Source: Tyzzerella sp. | GTDB lineage: Bacteria > Bacillota > Clostridia > Lachnospirales > Lachnospiraceae | DNA length: 64,000 bases | Reading direction: 5' to 3' | Assembly (NCBI GenBank): GCA_017472665.1 | Contig: JAFUOS010000025.1 | Span: 3,072-67,071 of the forward strand | Shown: one piece after another, positions 49,964-60,715 of the stretch | Numbering within the stretch: the first letter of the stretch is position 1 | How the letters are laid out: each line of letters opens with the position of its first letter | Position numbers and translations under genes: made by a program | The notes under the pieces: generated by a model | What the model was told of the DNA's origin: nothing | Databases searched by the model: none | What the model saw: only the letters and a program-made list of their open reading frames with translations

Positions 49964-51550
49964 ATGAAAAAACAAACTTTGGCAAAAATTGCAGCATTTA
50001 CACTTTGCTGCGCAGTTGGGCTTTCCGGATGTGGAAAGACGAATTCCGAATCATCAGACAACACGACGATTCAATTTTACAGCTGGGGAAATGAAACGGA
50101 AGTAGAAGTAACAAGAGAATTGGTAAAAGAATTCAATGAGACAAATACAGACGGTATTACAGTTGAATTCACTCCGATTCCGTCAGGGGATTATGAGACA
50201 AAAGTAACGAATGCGTTGCGTGGACGCAATGTTCCAGATGTAATTGTTGCAGGTGACGGTGAAATTAAAGGCTGGATTGAGAAGGGTGGAATTTCTAAGT
50301 TAGACGATTATGTTGCTGAAAGTAAAGAACTTGATTTGGATGCCATGTGGTCAGACGCAGTGAATCGTTATCGTTATGATGTATCTTCTCGTAAAGGTGG
50401 TACAGGAAGTTTATATGGTATCGTGCGTGACTACTCTCCATCCGCATTGTTTTATAACGTGGATGCAATGAAAGCAGTAGGAATTAATTGTATCTCTCTT
50501 TCGGAAGAAGAATCCATGGCACAGTATGGAACAACAGAAGCTTACTTTGAACAAGGAGGACAACTCTACTTTAATAACAAGATTGCATTAAACTGGGATT
50601 CTTTCCTTGCGCTTTCACAGAAGCTTACATCAAATACGGCGGCTCCTGTTCGTAACGACCAAAGTATTACCAAATATGGACTTTACGATATTTATTGGTT
50701 CTGCTTTGGATGGTCAGTTGGAGGAGACTGCTTAGAGTGGGTAGAAGATCCTTCTCTTGCTACTGGTGGAAAATATAAATTTACACTTTTTGATGAAACA
50801 AAGAATTACAAAGTGACAGAAGGAAATACGGTCACTGTAAACGATAATACCTATGAAGCAGGTCAAATTGTTTCTTACTCAGATAAGGCAGCTTTGACAG
50901 CAGATCAAAAAGCTCTTTGCGTGGAACTTCCTTCACAAATGGAAGCAATGCAATACTTCGTTGATTTATCTGTAAAACATGGTGTATCACCAAAACCTGA
51001 AGTTTCTGCTTCAAACTCTACATATGGTTTATTCTCAAGCCAGCAATGTGCAATGTTAATTGACACTCGATATGCAGTAGGTATTTTCAGAGAGACAATC
51101 GGCGACAGTTTCGATTGGGACGTAGCTCCACTTCCGGTTTATAAAGATGGTGTTGCAGCAGGACATAGTGGTTCGTTGGCATACTGTATCCCGGAAAAGA
51201 GTACAAAGAAAGATGCTGCATGGAAATTCATCGAATTCATGGCAGGAGAATACGGACAGACAAAATATACAGAAAAAGGATTTATCATTCCAAATACAAT
51301 GGAACTTGCTAATAGCGAAGTATTTTTACAATCCTCTCAAAAACCTGCAAATGCACAAGTCTTTGTAGATGCAGCATACTATCACACAACAGGAGACTGG
51401 GGATATCTTCCAAGCAAAGCATGGATCAATGAGTGGTCTACCGATTTGAATAACGATGTATTGATGGGCAACATGTCGCTGACAGAACTTCGCGACAAAA
51501 CACAGGAGAGCACACAGGTAATTGTTGACGCTTATTACGGAGGAGAATAA
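49964..51550 (+). CDS. Sugar ABC transporter substrate-binding lipoprotein
   Basis: LSGC lipobox; ALFYN, FDWDVAPLP, AAWKFIEF. Confidence 0.9.
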   Translation: MKKQTLAKIAAFTLCCAVGLSGCGKTNSESSDNTTIQFYSWGNETEVEVTRELVKEFNETNTDGITVEFTPIPSGDYETKVTNALRGRNVPDVIVAGDGEIKGWIEKGGISKLDDYVAESKELDLDAMWSDAVNRYRYDVSSRKGGTGSLYGIVRDYSPSALFYNVDAMKAVGINCISLSEEESMAQYGTTEAYFEQGGQLYFNNKIALNWDSFLALSQKLTSNTAAPVRNDQSITKYGLYDIYWFCFGWSVGGDCLEWVEDPSLATGGKYKFTLFDETKNYKVTEGNTVTVNDNTYEAGQIVSYSDKAALTADQKALCVELPSQMEAMQYFVDLSVKHGVSPKPEVSASNSTYGLFSSQQCAMLIDTRYAVGIFRETIGDSFDWDVAPLPVYKDGVAAGHSGSLAYCIPEKSTKKDAAWKFIEFMAGEYGQTKYTEKGFIIPNTMELANSEVFLQSSQKPANAQVFVDAAYYHTTGDWGYLPSKAWINEWSTDLNNDVLMGNMSLTELRDKTQESTQVIVDAYYGGE

Positions 51551-52452
51551 TGAAATCTAAGAAAAGGGACAATATTATAGGCGTTCTGTTTGCAGCATCT
51601 CCCTTAGTGGGATTTGCATTATTCGGAATTTTGCCATTGATATTTTCGATTGTACTTTCTTTTGGAAATCTTCCAACCTACGATCTTTTGGACATAGAGT
51701 TTTGTGGATTGGAAAACTATATCAGAATATTTACAGAAGATACAGAGTTTTGGCAGTCGATTGGAAATACATTTTTCTATGCAATTATTTCAGTTGTGGG
51801 AACTGTAGTAATTTCTCTGATTGCGTCTGTGTTTTTGAATAATATTAAACGTGGCGGCAAAGCGATTCGCATCATACTTTTTATTCCATATGTTTGTTCT
51901 GTGGTTGCTATTTCAACCATGTGGAAGTGGCTATTTGATTACAACTATGGAGTTTTAAATGATGTGGTGGAATTCTTTGGCATGACTCGCATCAACTGGC
52001 TGGGTGAAGCATCAACGGCCATGCCGATTATGATATTGATGAGTATCTGGGGCGGTCTGGGATACAATATGATTCTTTATTCTGCCGCATTAAATGCAGT
52101 GAGCCGCAGCTATTATGAAGCAGCAGAACTGGATGGAGCTGGCAGTATAAAGAAATTTTTCTCCATTACATTGCCGATGATTTCGCCAACAACGTTTTTT
52201 ATAATGGTTATGGGATTTGTCGGTGCCCTGCAGAGTTTTGCAAACTTCCAGGTGATGACACCATCCGGTGGTCCGGACGGAACCACATGGACCATGGTAC
52301 TTCGTGTATGGTACGTAGGATTCGTAGAAGATTCTACCCTGTATGGAATGGGTTATGCGAGTGCCATGAGCTGGATTGTAGGTGGTATCGTTATGATCTT
52401 TACCGCCATTATGTTTAGTTTGAGCAGGAGGTGGGTAAATTATGACGTCTAA
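51550..52452 (+). CDS. Carbohydrate ABC permease 1
   Basis: GLENY, YYEAAELDGA EAA loop, GYASA. Confidence 0.93.
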   Translation: MKSKKRDNIIGVLFAASPLVGFALFGILPLIFSIVLSFGNLPTYDLLDIEFCGLENYIRIFTEDTEFWQSIGNTFFYAIISVVGTVVISLIASVFLNNIKRGGKAIRIILFIPYVCSVVAISTMWKWLFDYNYGVLNDVVEFFGMTRINWLGEASTAMPIMILMSIWGGLGYNMILYSAALNAVSRSYYEAAELDGAGSIKKFFSITLPMISPTTFFIMVMGFVGALQSFANFQVMTPSGGPDGTTWTMVLRVWYVGFVEDSTLYGMGYASAMSWIVGGIVMIFTAIMFSLSRRWVNYDV

Positions 52453-53293
52453 AGGAACTGGCAAAAAGCTAAAGAAAAATTTAGGGAAAATCATTATGTA
52501 TCTTGTCCTGATTTTAATGTGTCTGGCGGTGCTTTTCCCTTTTGCAATTGTAATTTCTACCTCACTGAAAACATATGCAGATTCCGTAAAAGTACCTTTT
52601 ACTTTTAATCCAGGATACGTGGATTTTAGTTCCTATGTTGCCGTTCTTCAATCAGAAGCAGTGTGGAAGGGCCTTGTAAATACACTTTTTGTTGTATTGC
52701 CAATTATGGTCATAGGCGTGTTTACGTCAGCATTGTCAGCGTACTCATTTGCAAAAATCAACTTCAAGGCAAAAGGGGTTATGTTTGCAATCCTCATGTT
52801 CTCGATGATGCTTCCGGGCGTTATTACTATGACACCGGCTTACGTTATATACGACATGCTGGGATGGACAGATACATACTATCCATTGATGATTCCAAAT
52901 GCATTTGGTACAGCGGCATGTGTCTTCTATCTTCGTCAATTTTTTGCGGGGATTCCAAATGAACTGATGGAAGCAGGGGAAATGGATGGACTGGGAAAAT
53001 TTGGTATATTCACCAGAATCTTGTTGCCATTATCAAAACCGGCTTTGACAGCACAGATGATTTTGTGGTTCATATCCGGATACAATGATTACTTCGGACC
53101 AATGTTATATCTGAGCAGTGAAGATAAATATACGTTGCAGCTTGTATTGAAATTGATGGCAGGAAGCTCAGAAAGCAACTGGCCAAAGGTAATGGCATGC
53201 TGTATCGTGACCATGGTTCCGTTGCTTATCATGTATTTTGCAGCACAGAAGAAATTTGTAGAAGGAATCACAATGACAGGATTGAAAGGTTAA
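52442..53293 (+). CDS. Carbohydrate ABC permease 2
   Basis: IPNELMEAGEMDG, LPLSKP, QKKFVEGITMTGLKG. Confidence 0.93.
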   Translation: MTSKGTGKKLKKNLGKIIMYLVLILMCLAVLFPFAIVISTSLKTYADSVKVPFTFNPGYVDFSSYVAVLQSEAVWKGLVNTLFVVLPIMVIGVFTSALSAYSFAKINFKAKGVMFAILMFSMMLPGVITMTPAYVIYDMLGWTDTYYPLMIPNAFGTAACVFYLRQFFAGIPNELMEAGEMDGLGKFGIFTRILLPLSKPALTAQMILWFISGYNDYFGPMLYLSSEDKYTLQLVLKLMAGSSESNWPKVMACCIVTMVPLLIMYFAAQKKFVEGITMTGLKG

Positions 53294-53305
53294 AGGAGGG
53301 AAAGA

Positions 53306-54820
53306 ATGAAAAAAATCAAGAAAATCGTTTTATTTCTCTCGGTTGCAGCCATGGTGATAACATCGGTTGGCTGCACGAAAGAAGTGGCACAAAACAACTA
53401 TCTGGATGCGGATGCAGGCTATGACAAAGAGTTGTTTTATCAGAACCTTGGCACGGTTCAGGCAGCAGACCCACAAATTATCACTGTGGGAGATACATTT
53501 TATATGTACGCCACCAATGCGGAAGCAAGTGGAAATACCAATTATATCTGTGCGTGGTCCAGCAAAAATCTCACTGATTGGAAGTGGGAAGGAAAAGCAT
53601 TTATACCAGCCAGAGATGCATGGGCAGTAAGCTCGCTTTGGGCTCCGGAAGTCATCGAGGTAGAAGGAACCTACTATATGTATTATTCCGGATATAATAT
53701 TTCTACCAGTAAGATGGGTGTTGGTGTGGCAGTTTCAGATTCACCGGCGGGACCGTTCCATGAGATCGAAGGAACCTTTGGTGACAAGACCTATTCAAGA
53801 ACAGAACAGCCAATCAATCCGGGATTTCCTATTATCGATGCCAATCCGTTCATAGATGACGACGGAAGAGTGTATCTCTATGTTTCACGAGATCAGGTAG
53901 ATAAGGAGTCTTCTATTTTCGGATTAGAATTAGACAAAGATATGGTTACACTGCTAAGCGTTACAGAAGAACCGTTGGTGAAACCTTCTCAGGAATGGGA
54001 AAACCCTACGGCTGGAAATACGTGGAACGAAGCACCATATATGTTTAAGAAAGATGGAAAATATTATTTGACCTATTCTGCAAATTATTACAAGAACAGT
54101 ACATATTCTGTAGGACTTGCAATCAGTGATAATCCGTTAACCGGATTTCAAAAAGTAGATTACAATCCGATATTAGAAGCCAATCCGGACTGGTCACATA
54201 TTTCCGGTACAGGTCATAACTGTATCTTCCCATCTCCGGACGGAACCGAACTTTGGATGGCATACCACAGTCACATTGACACTACAAATGGCGGTGACGA
54301 GCGAAAAATTAATTTCGACAAAATCACTTTCGACGAAGAAGGAAGACTCCTTGTACAGGGACCTTCCATTAGCCCACAGGTGCTGCCATCAGGAGTGTCT
54401 GAGTATAAGAATATCGCAGATGAAGCAACGGTATCTGCAACGATAGCAGAAGGTGTGGAACTTCTCACAGATGATATCGTGAATTACCTTTATAACGATG
54501 TGGAAATTTATGAATATGTTTCAGAGGGAACAAATAAAATTAAATTCTCCTATGAGGAAGCCAAGAAAATCAAAGCCATCATGGTTTATGACAGCGCTGA
54601 TTACCTGTTTGCAGGAAAGGAAGCTTCAGTGAAGGTGGGAGGACATTCTTTCGAACTGAAATTCAATTCCGATTACTGTGATGTGGATGAATACGGATTT
54701 GAGATGAAGATTCCGGGAAGCGCAGCGATTTTAGAATTTGATGAACTCGAGGCAGATGAAATCACATTTACATTCAAAGATGAAATCAATATCAATGAAA
54801 TTGTGATTTTAGGAAAATAG
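53306..54820 (+). CDS. GH43 glycosidase lipoprotein with C-terminal accessory domain
   Basis: SVGC lipobox; ADP, WAPE, IDANPF, NEAP, GTGHN. Confidence 0.9.
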   Translation: MKKIKKIVLFLSVAAMVITSVGCTKEVAQNNYLDADAGYDKELFYQNLGTVQAADPQIITVGDTFYMYATNAEASGNTNYICAWSSKNLTDWKWEGKAFIPARDAWAVSSLWAPEVIEVEGTYYMYYSGYNISTSKMGVGVAVSDSPAGPFHEIEGTFGDKTYSRTEQPINPGFPIIDANPFIDDDGRVYLYVSRDQVDKESSIFGLELDKDMVTLLSVTEEPLVKPSQEWENPTAGNTWNEAPYMFKKDGKYYLTYSANYYKNSTYSVGLAISDNPLTGFQKVDYNPILEANPDWSHISGTGHNCIFPSPDGTELWMAYHSHIDTTNGGDERKINFDKITFDEEGRLLVQGPSISPQVLPSGVSEYKNIADEATVSATIAEGVELLTDDIVNYLYNDVEIYEYVSEGTNKIKFSYEEAKKIKAIMVYDSADYLFAGKEASVKVGGHSFELKFNSDYCDVDEYGFEMKIPGSAAILEFDELEADEITFTFKDEININEIVILGK

Positions 54821-54835
54821 GCAGGAGGATAGTGT

Positions 54836-57800
54836 ATGAAGAAGAAAATTAACAAACACCATATTTTCATCTTGACCGTAGTGCTTGCCTTGTCTGTAGT
54901 AGGAATCATTGCATGGGTTATGCTTCAAAAGTCAAATGTATTTCATTTTGGCTATGAAGTAGAAACTCCGGTTCACGATTCCGATATTGCAATAGATGAA
55001 AATACAGCAATCGACGGAAAAAGAGATGAAAAATTCTGGAACGATAACACCTTAGTGTTTACGGAAACAAAGAGTGGCATAGAGGTTACAACTTGGGCTC
55101 ATCTGGGAGAAAACGGATTGTATCTGTTTACAGAAACAGATGATACAAGCGTATATTGGTCCAAGGAAAAGCAGTTTTTTGAAAATGATTCTGTGGAGTA
55201 CTACATAGACCCAAGACCAGAGTATTCTATGCAGCTCGATGCACTAAAGTCAGACGTAAAAGTACGTACCGATAATATCCAGGTGCGTGTAGACACGGAA
55301 GGCAGATCGTCTACATGGTTTGGGCGTAAGACAGAGTCTGGCTATCCATGGGTAGCAGGAGATTTTGATGTCCTTACTGCGTCAGTTATAGATGGCAAGT
55401 CTAATAAAAAAGACGGTGCTAAAGGATATGGAGTGGAAACATTCATTCCATGGGAAGCCATGGGACTTGAAACTACACCGGAGGAAATCGGTGTCATGCC
55501 AGCCTTTAATAATGTAGACAACAGGGAAGATACCGCGCGTACTTGGTTTACGGTAAAGGGAATGAATCATGCGGCACCAACCAGCTATGCAAGAGTAGAT
55601 AAAGATGGATTTGTCCAAATTGGAGCAGGGCTTACGCCTCAAAAGGAACTTACAGCAAACTGGAAGGACAAAGCTTATGGCAGTGAAACTATTGCATTGA
55701 CAGAGGTGTCAGAGACGAACCAAAATCCGGAAACGCGAGGAGAACTGAAAGCATTTCTCGGCGAGGACGGAGTATATTTCATTGCAGCAGTACATGATAA
55801 GGTTCTATCAAGTGGTTCGGATAGCATCTGGAGCAATGATGGAATTGAAATTGTAATCGATACGGCTGTGAAAGGTGACGACTCTTGCTTCCGAGATGGG
55901 GTTTTCCGATTGGCAGTCGATATTGACGAAGGTATTGAAACAGACATTTGTATGGATGGGTATGGAGATTATGTTTCTACGAGACGAGCTGTATTCTGTA
56001 AGACAGCGATTAGTGATTATACAGGCAAGAGCTCTTATGGATACAAAAATACCCTTGTGTATGAAGTTATGGTGCCATATTCATCTATGGGACTGACAGA
56101 AAAACCTTCTAAATTATCATTTGCATGGGCAGTGAAATCACCGAATGAGACGACTTACATACAAAACAGAAGAAATGGTGAAGGAAAAATGGAAGGCCAG
56201 GATTGGCTGTGGTCGAACAGACATTACCCATTAAATCCAGGCGAATATTATCTTCTTACATCGAAAGGCTTAGAAGGAGATTATACTTTCCCAACATGGA
56301 TCGCATGGGATAAATGTAAAGTGCGTTCTCAGGCACCGACTAGATATGATTATCGAGGATATGCGGCCGATGATGGTCTATATATCAACATGGTGCAATA
56401 TGTAGATAAGATTAAATTTGGCGGGGTCAGCGGTACATGGAAAAATATTACCCACATTGAAATGGAATTGTGGAATGGCGATGTAGGGTATGGCTGGGAT
56501 GGAACATATTTAGCATTCTTCCCGGATGGAAGCCATTACATTAACAGTCAGGTAAATGTAACCGGCTTGGAATACAAATGTACGATTACAGACCGTGGTG
56601 AAGGTTATAAGGATGGTTTCCGCTACGAACTTTCATATGAAATCTATTTAGGTTTTGAAAACAACAAAGAAAACCCGGAAGACGGACCATACGCATATGT
56701 ACAGATGATGAGCTGCACACCAGGTGAGTCGAAAGTGGGATATGAAAACTCAATTCGAGTTACGAAAGATGGAGACAGAAAACTTTGGGCAGATAACTGT
56801 AAGTCATACGAATTCCGTGAAGAGGGTATTGTTGCCATGGATAAAGAAAAGGACCCTTACAAATTCCCAGCATGGACAGCATGGAACAATTGTAAAGTAC
56901 GCTCCGATGCGAAGACTAGATATGATTACCGAGGAAGAGCAGCCGATGAAGGATTATACCTCAACATGGTGCAATATGTAGATAATATCGCACATGGAGG
57001 CACAAACGGAACTTGGAAAGATATCACCCATATTGAAATGGAATTGTGGAATGGAGATGTGGGATATGGCTGGGATGGAACCTATTTGGCATTCTTCCCA
57101 GATGGAAGCTATTATATTAATAATGAAACGAATGTAACAGCATTAGGATATAACTGCACAATCACAGACCGTGGTGCCGATTACACGAAGGGATATCGTT
57201 ATAAGCTTTCTTACGAAATCTATATTGGATTTGCAAATAACGTAGACAGTGAAGACGGACCTTATGCATATGTACAGATGATGAGTTGTACTCCGGGCGA
57301 AACCAGCGAAGGATATGAAAACTCTATCCAAGTTGTGAAAGATGGGGACAGAAAACTCTGGGCAGACGATTGTAAGTCATATGAATTCCGCGCAGCTGGT
57401 ATTGTAGCAAAGGATACAGGCGAGGACAACAAAGAACCGGAAGGACCAGCGTATGAATTCCCTACATGGACAGCATGGGAGGACTTGGCAGTACGCTCTG
57501 ATGTACCAGGCAGATACGATTACCGAGGATTTGCAGCGGATGACGGACTCTACTTGAATGTAGTGCAATACGTAGACAACGTAAAACAAGGTGGAGTGGC
57601 AGATTCTTGGAAAGACATTACTCATATCGAAATGGAATTGTGGAATGGCGATGTAGGATATGGTTGGGATGGAACCTATTTGGCGTTCTTCCCAGATGGA
57701 AGCCACTACATCAATAGTGATTTGAATGTAACTGCACTGGAATATAAGTGCACAGTTACAGACCGAGGAGCAAATTATGCAGACGGCTATCGCTACGAAC

Positions 57801-59770
57801 TCTCATATGAAATCTATCTTGGATTTGAAAATAATAAAGCATATCCAGAAGATGGTCCATATGCATTCATCCAGTTTATGAGCCATACTCCAGGTGAAAC
57901 AGAGGATGGCTATGAAAAAGCAGAGACCATCACAAAAGACGGAGATAGAAAACTCTGGACGGAAGAATCCAAATCCGTAGAATTCCGTGAAAGCGGAGCA
58001 GTTGGAAAAGACAGTGTATATGATACTTCAGCCTATGAAGCGAAGATTGCACAGTACAAGCAAGACTGGAAAGAAAAAGGTAATGATGGAAAAACAACCG
58101 TATTCATCGGTGATTCCTTCTTCGATGGAGAGTTCTGGTCTACCTTCTACGATTTGTACTGGAATAAAGATGTACTTCGTTGTGGAGTAAGTTCTTCGAC
58201 TTCATATGATTGGGAAGTCTTTACGACAGAGTTCTTACAATATACTAAACCGAAAAATATTGTAATGCATATTGGTACGAACAATATTTATGATGACAAG
58301 AAAGATGCAGATGTAACAGTGCAAGCATTGCAGAGACTGTTTGCTTATATGCATGAAACATTGCCAGAAACGAAAATCTATTATTTTGGAATTACACAGC
58401 GTACTTACGATGATGCAAAAATTGCGATTGTAAACGAAGTAAATGCAGCTATGCAGCAGTGGTGTTCAGAGAAAGATTACATCACTTTCATAGGAGGTAC
58501 TGTAGAACGCTTAACCAGCGATATGTTAAGAGATAACGTTCACCCAAGAGAAGATGATGAGTGTAATGCATACGAGATTTTCGTGGAAGAATTGGCGAAG
58601 ACCGATATTGAAATTCAATCAAAATACCCAGAGTGGGAGGAATGTACCATCCGTTCTCAGGCACCAACCAGATATGATTATCGAGGTTATGCAGCAGATG
58701 ATGGATTGTATATCAACATGGTGCAATATGTAAATCAAATTGTATCTGGAGGTACAGGTGGAGTATGGAATGACATCACCCACATTGAAATGGAGTTATG
58801 GAATGAATTTGCCGGATATGGCTGGGGTGGCACATATTTAGCATTTTTCCCTGATGGAAGCTATTATGATAATTCTAAAGATACGAATCAACCACTGAAT
58901 GTAAAATACATATGTACGATTACAGACCGAGGCGAAGGCTATACGGAAGGCTATCGTTATATGCTTTCTTATGAAATCTATCTGGGCTTTGAGAATAATG
59001 TAGGAAGTGATGATGGACCTTATGCATTTGTTCAGATGATGAGTCATACTCCGGGAGAATCTGATGCGGGATATGAAAATGTAATTACGATTAATAAAGA
59101 TGGAAGTGGAAATCTTTGGACAGATATCTGTGACTCTTATGAATTCGGCGAAAACGGTATTGTTTCAAGAAGGATTGATAATGCAACAAGTGTTGGTTCG
59201 GTGCCAGAGGATTTCCCAACGGTAGCTGATTTTTCAACGATTAACAGAGATTTGCAGTCAGTAGATCCAAATTTATACAACTTCCAGATGTGGACCAAAG
59301 ACGATGGTTTCTATGCATATTTTATTCAGAAAGTACCTAGTGTAACTTTGGATAATGAGAATAACTGGTTAAATACTCATGTGGAAATGAAATTGTCGAA
59401 TCACTGTGTGGGATACGGCATGGATGGAACTTACATTGGATTATTCCCAGATGGAACTTACTATATTAACAGCGACGATAATAGGATAACAAGCAAATCG
59501 TTAAAAGTGAATGTTAATTCATTAAAGAGTGGCACTAAGGTTATCGAGTATTATTTCTATTTGGGATTTGATAACAATTTAGAGAATCCGGCTGATGGTC
59601 CTTACGCTTATGTGAAACAATATCAATGCCTTCCAGGTGTAGATGTGAGCAATTTAGATTCAATAACATCTATCACTGCTCAAGGTGGGTCTGATGAACG
59701 ATATCTTACCACAGGAGATGAGGTGTCATTCCAGGTACACAGTGCCATAGATGCAAAGATGTACAATTAA
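54836..59770 (+). CDS. Large membrane-anchored protein: two CBM9/DOMON-like domains, five copies of a ~190-aa repeat, SGNH hydrolase domain
   Basis: N-terminal TM; IDGKRDE..W/GLYL/DSVEYYID; repeats at 56282, 56858, 57452, 58625 and ~59210; GDSF..GTNN..DNVHP. Confidence 0.8.
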   Translation: MKKKINKHHIFILTVVLALSVVGIIAWVMLQKSNVFHFGYEVETPVHDSDIAIDENTAIDGKRDEKFWNDNTLVFTETKSGIEVTTWAHLGENGLYLFTETDDTSVYWSKEKQFFENDSVEYYIDPRPEYSMQLDALKSDVKVRTDNIQVRVDTEGRSSTWFGRKTESGYPWVAGDFDVLTASVIDGKSNKKDGAKGYGVETFIPWEAMGLETTPEEIGVMPAFNNVDNREDTARTWFTVKGMNHAAPTSYARVDKDGFVQIGAGLTPQKELTANWKDKAYGSETIALTEVSETNQNPETRGELKAFLGEDGVYFIAAVHDKVLSSGSDSIWSNDGIEIVIDTAVKGDDSCFRDGVFRLAVDIDEGIETDICMDGYGDYVSTRRAVFCKTAISDYTGKSSYGYKNTLVYEVMVPYSSMGLTEKPSKLSFAWAVKSPNETTYIQNRRNGEGKMEGQDWLWSNRHYPLNPGEYYLLTSKGLEGDYTFPTWIAWDKCKVRSQAPTRYDYRGYAADDGLYINMVQYVDKIKFGGVSGTWKNITHIEMELWNGDVGYGWDGTYLAFFPDGSHYINSQVNVTGLEYKCTITDRGEGYKDGFRYELSYEIYLGFENNKENPEDGPYAYVQMMSCTPGESKVGYENSIRVTKDGDRKLWADNCKSYEFREEGIVAMDKEKDPYKFPAWTAWNNCKVRSDAKTRYDYRGRAADEGLYLNMVQYVDNIAHGGTNGTWKDITHIEMELWNGDVGYGWDGTYLAFFPDGSYYINNETNVTALGYNCTITDRGADYTKGYRYKLSYEIYIGFANNVDSEDGPYAYVQMMSCTPGETSEGYENSIQVVKDGDRKLWADDCKSYEFRAAGIVAKDTGEDNKEPEGPAYEFPTWTAWEDLAVRSDVPGRYDYRGFAADDGLYLNVVQYVDNVKQGGVADSWKDITHIEMELWNGDVGYGWDGTYLAFFPDGSHYINSDLNVTALEYKCTVTDRGANYADGYRYELSYEIYLGFENNKAYPEDGPYAFIQFMSHTPGETEDGYEKAETITKDGDRKLWTEESKSVEFRESGAVGKDSVYDTSAYEAKIAQYKQDWKEKGNDGKTTVFIGDSFFDGEFWSTFYDLYWNKDVLRCGVSSSTSYDWEVFTTEFLQYTKPKNIVMHIGTNNIYDDKKDADVTVQALQRLFAYMHETLPETKIYYFGITQRTYDDAKIAIVNEVNAAMQQWCSEKDYITFIGGTVERLTSDMLRDNVHPREDDECNAYEIFVEELAKTDIEIQSKYPEWEECTIRSQAPTRYDYRGYAADDGLYINMVQYVNQIVSGGTGGVWNDITHIEMELWNEFAGYGWGGTYLAFFPDGSYYDNSKDTNQPLNVKYICTITDRGEGYTEGYRYMLSYEIYLGFENNVGSDDGPYAFVQMMSHTPGESDAGYENVITINKDGSGNLWTDICDSYEFGENGIVSRRIDNATSVGSVPEDFPTVADFSTINRDLQSVDPNLYNFQMWTKDDGFYAYFIQKVPSVTLDNENNWLNTHVEMKLSNHCVGYGMDGTYIGLFPDGTYYINSDDNRITSKSLKVNVNSLKSGTKVIEYYFYLGFDNNLENPADGPYAYVKQYQCLPGVDVSNLDSITSITAQGGSDERYLTTGDEVSFQVHSAIDAKMYN

Positions 59771-59788
59771 AAATAAAGGAAGAAGTAT

Positions 59789-60694
59789 ATGCTTTACAGA
59801 ACAAATATTACAAATATCGGAGACCCATTTGTGGTCTCCGATGGAAACGAATATATTATGTATGCTACGACGTTTGACACAAAGGGGTTCCGTTATTACC
59901 GTTCCGACAATCTCCAAGATTGGTCGGATGGTGGAGTGGCCCTTGACCTGTCAGATAGTTGGGCGAATGAGGACTTTTGGGCACCGGAGGTTATCCGTAG
60001 ACCAAAAGACAACAAATATGTGATGCATTTCACAGCACGTCACGAAAAGTACAAAAGTCTTCGTCTTGGAGTGGCGGTTGCAGATAAACCACAAGGCCCG
60101 TTTAAGCAGGTGAAAAATGAGCCCATGTTTGATTTTGGATACGCAACAATCGATGGACATGTATTTATTGATGATGATGGACAAGTTTATTTCTATTATT
60201 CACGAGATTGTGCGGAAAATGTTGTGGGCGATGGCCATGCAAGTCAGATTTATGTTGTGAAATTGAACGATGACCTGACAGAAGTAGTAGGGGAGCCGAA
60301 ACTTTTGACGACACCAACCTATCCGTTTGAACACGACGGTGATGGCTCATGGCTTTGGAATGAAGGTCCGGCAGTGCTGAAAAAAGATGGAACATATCAT
60401 CTATTCTATTCGGCAAATTATTATGCAAGTAGAAAGTATTGCGTGTGTGTGGCGACTTCGGACAAGCCAGATGGTGATTTTGTGAAATTGGAGGAAGATA
60501 ATCCTATCTTACATGCAGATATGCAAGAGGTGGATTTTTCCGGTCCGGGACACAACAGTTTCTTTACAGATAAAGAAGGTAACTTAAAAACAGCATTTCA
60601 TATTCATACGGACGTAAATAAGCCAAGTGATGACCGCAGGGCTTGTATTGCGGATGTGGTGTATGAGGATGGCAGTTACCGTTTCGTTTTGTAA
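59789..60694 (+). CDS. GH43 glycosidase without signal peptide
   Basis: GDPF, WAPE, IDGH, NEGP, GPGHN. Confidence 0.9.
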   Translation: MLYRTNITNIGDPFVVSDGNEYIMYATTFDTKGFRYYRSDNLQDWSDGGVALDLSDSWANEDFWAPEVIRRPKDNKYVMHFTARHEKYKSLRLGVAVADKPQGPFKQVKNEPMFDFGYATIDGHVFIDDDGQVYFYYSRDCAENVVGDGHASQIYVVKLNDDLTEVVGEPKLLTTPTYPFEHDGDGSWLWNEGPAVLKKDGTYHLFYSANYYASRKYCVCVATSDKPDGDFVKLEEDNPILHADMQEVDFSGPGHNSFFTDKEGNLKTAFHIHTDVNKPSDDRRACIADVVYEDGSYRFVL

Positions 60695-60715
60695 AGGTCA
60701 AAGGAGGACTTTTAT

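Noticed and set aside
56282-59170. DGR template/variable repeats or assembly duplication
   Set aside because: Copies are in-frame, diverged largely at synonymous positions with no evident adenine bias, and no reverse transcriptase is present
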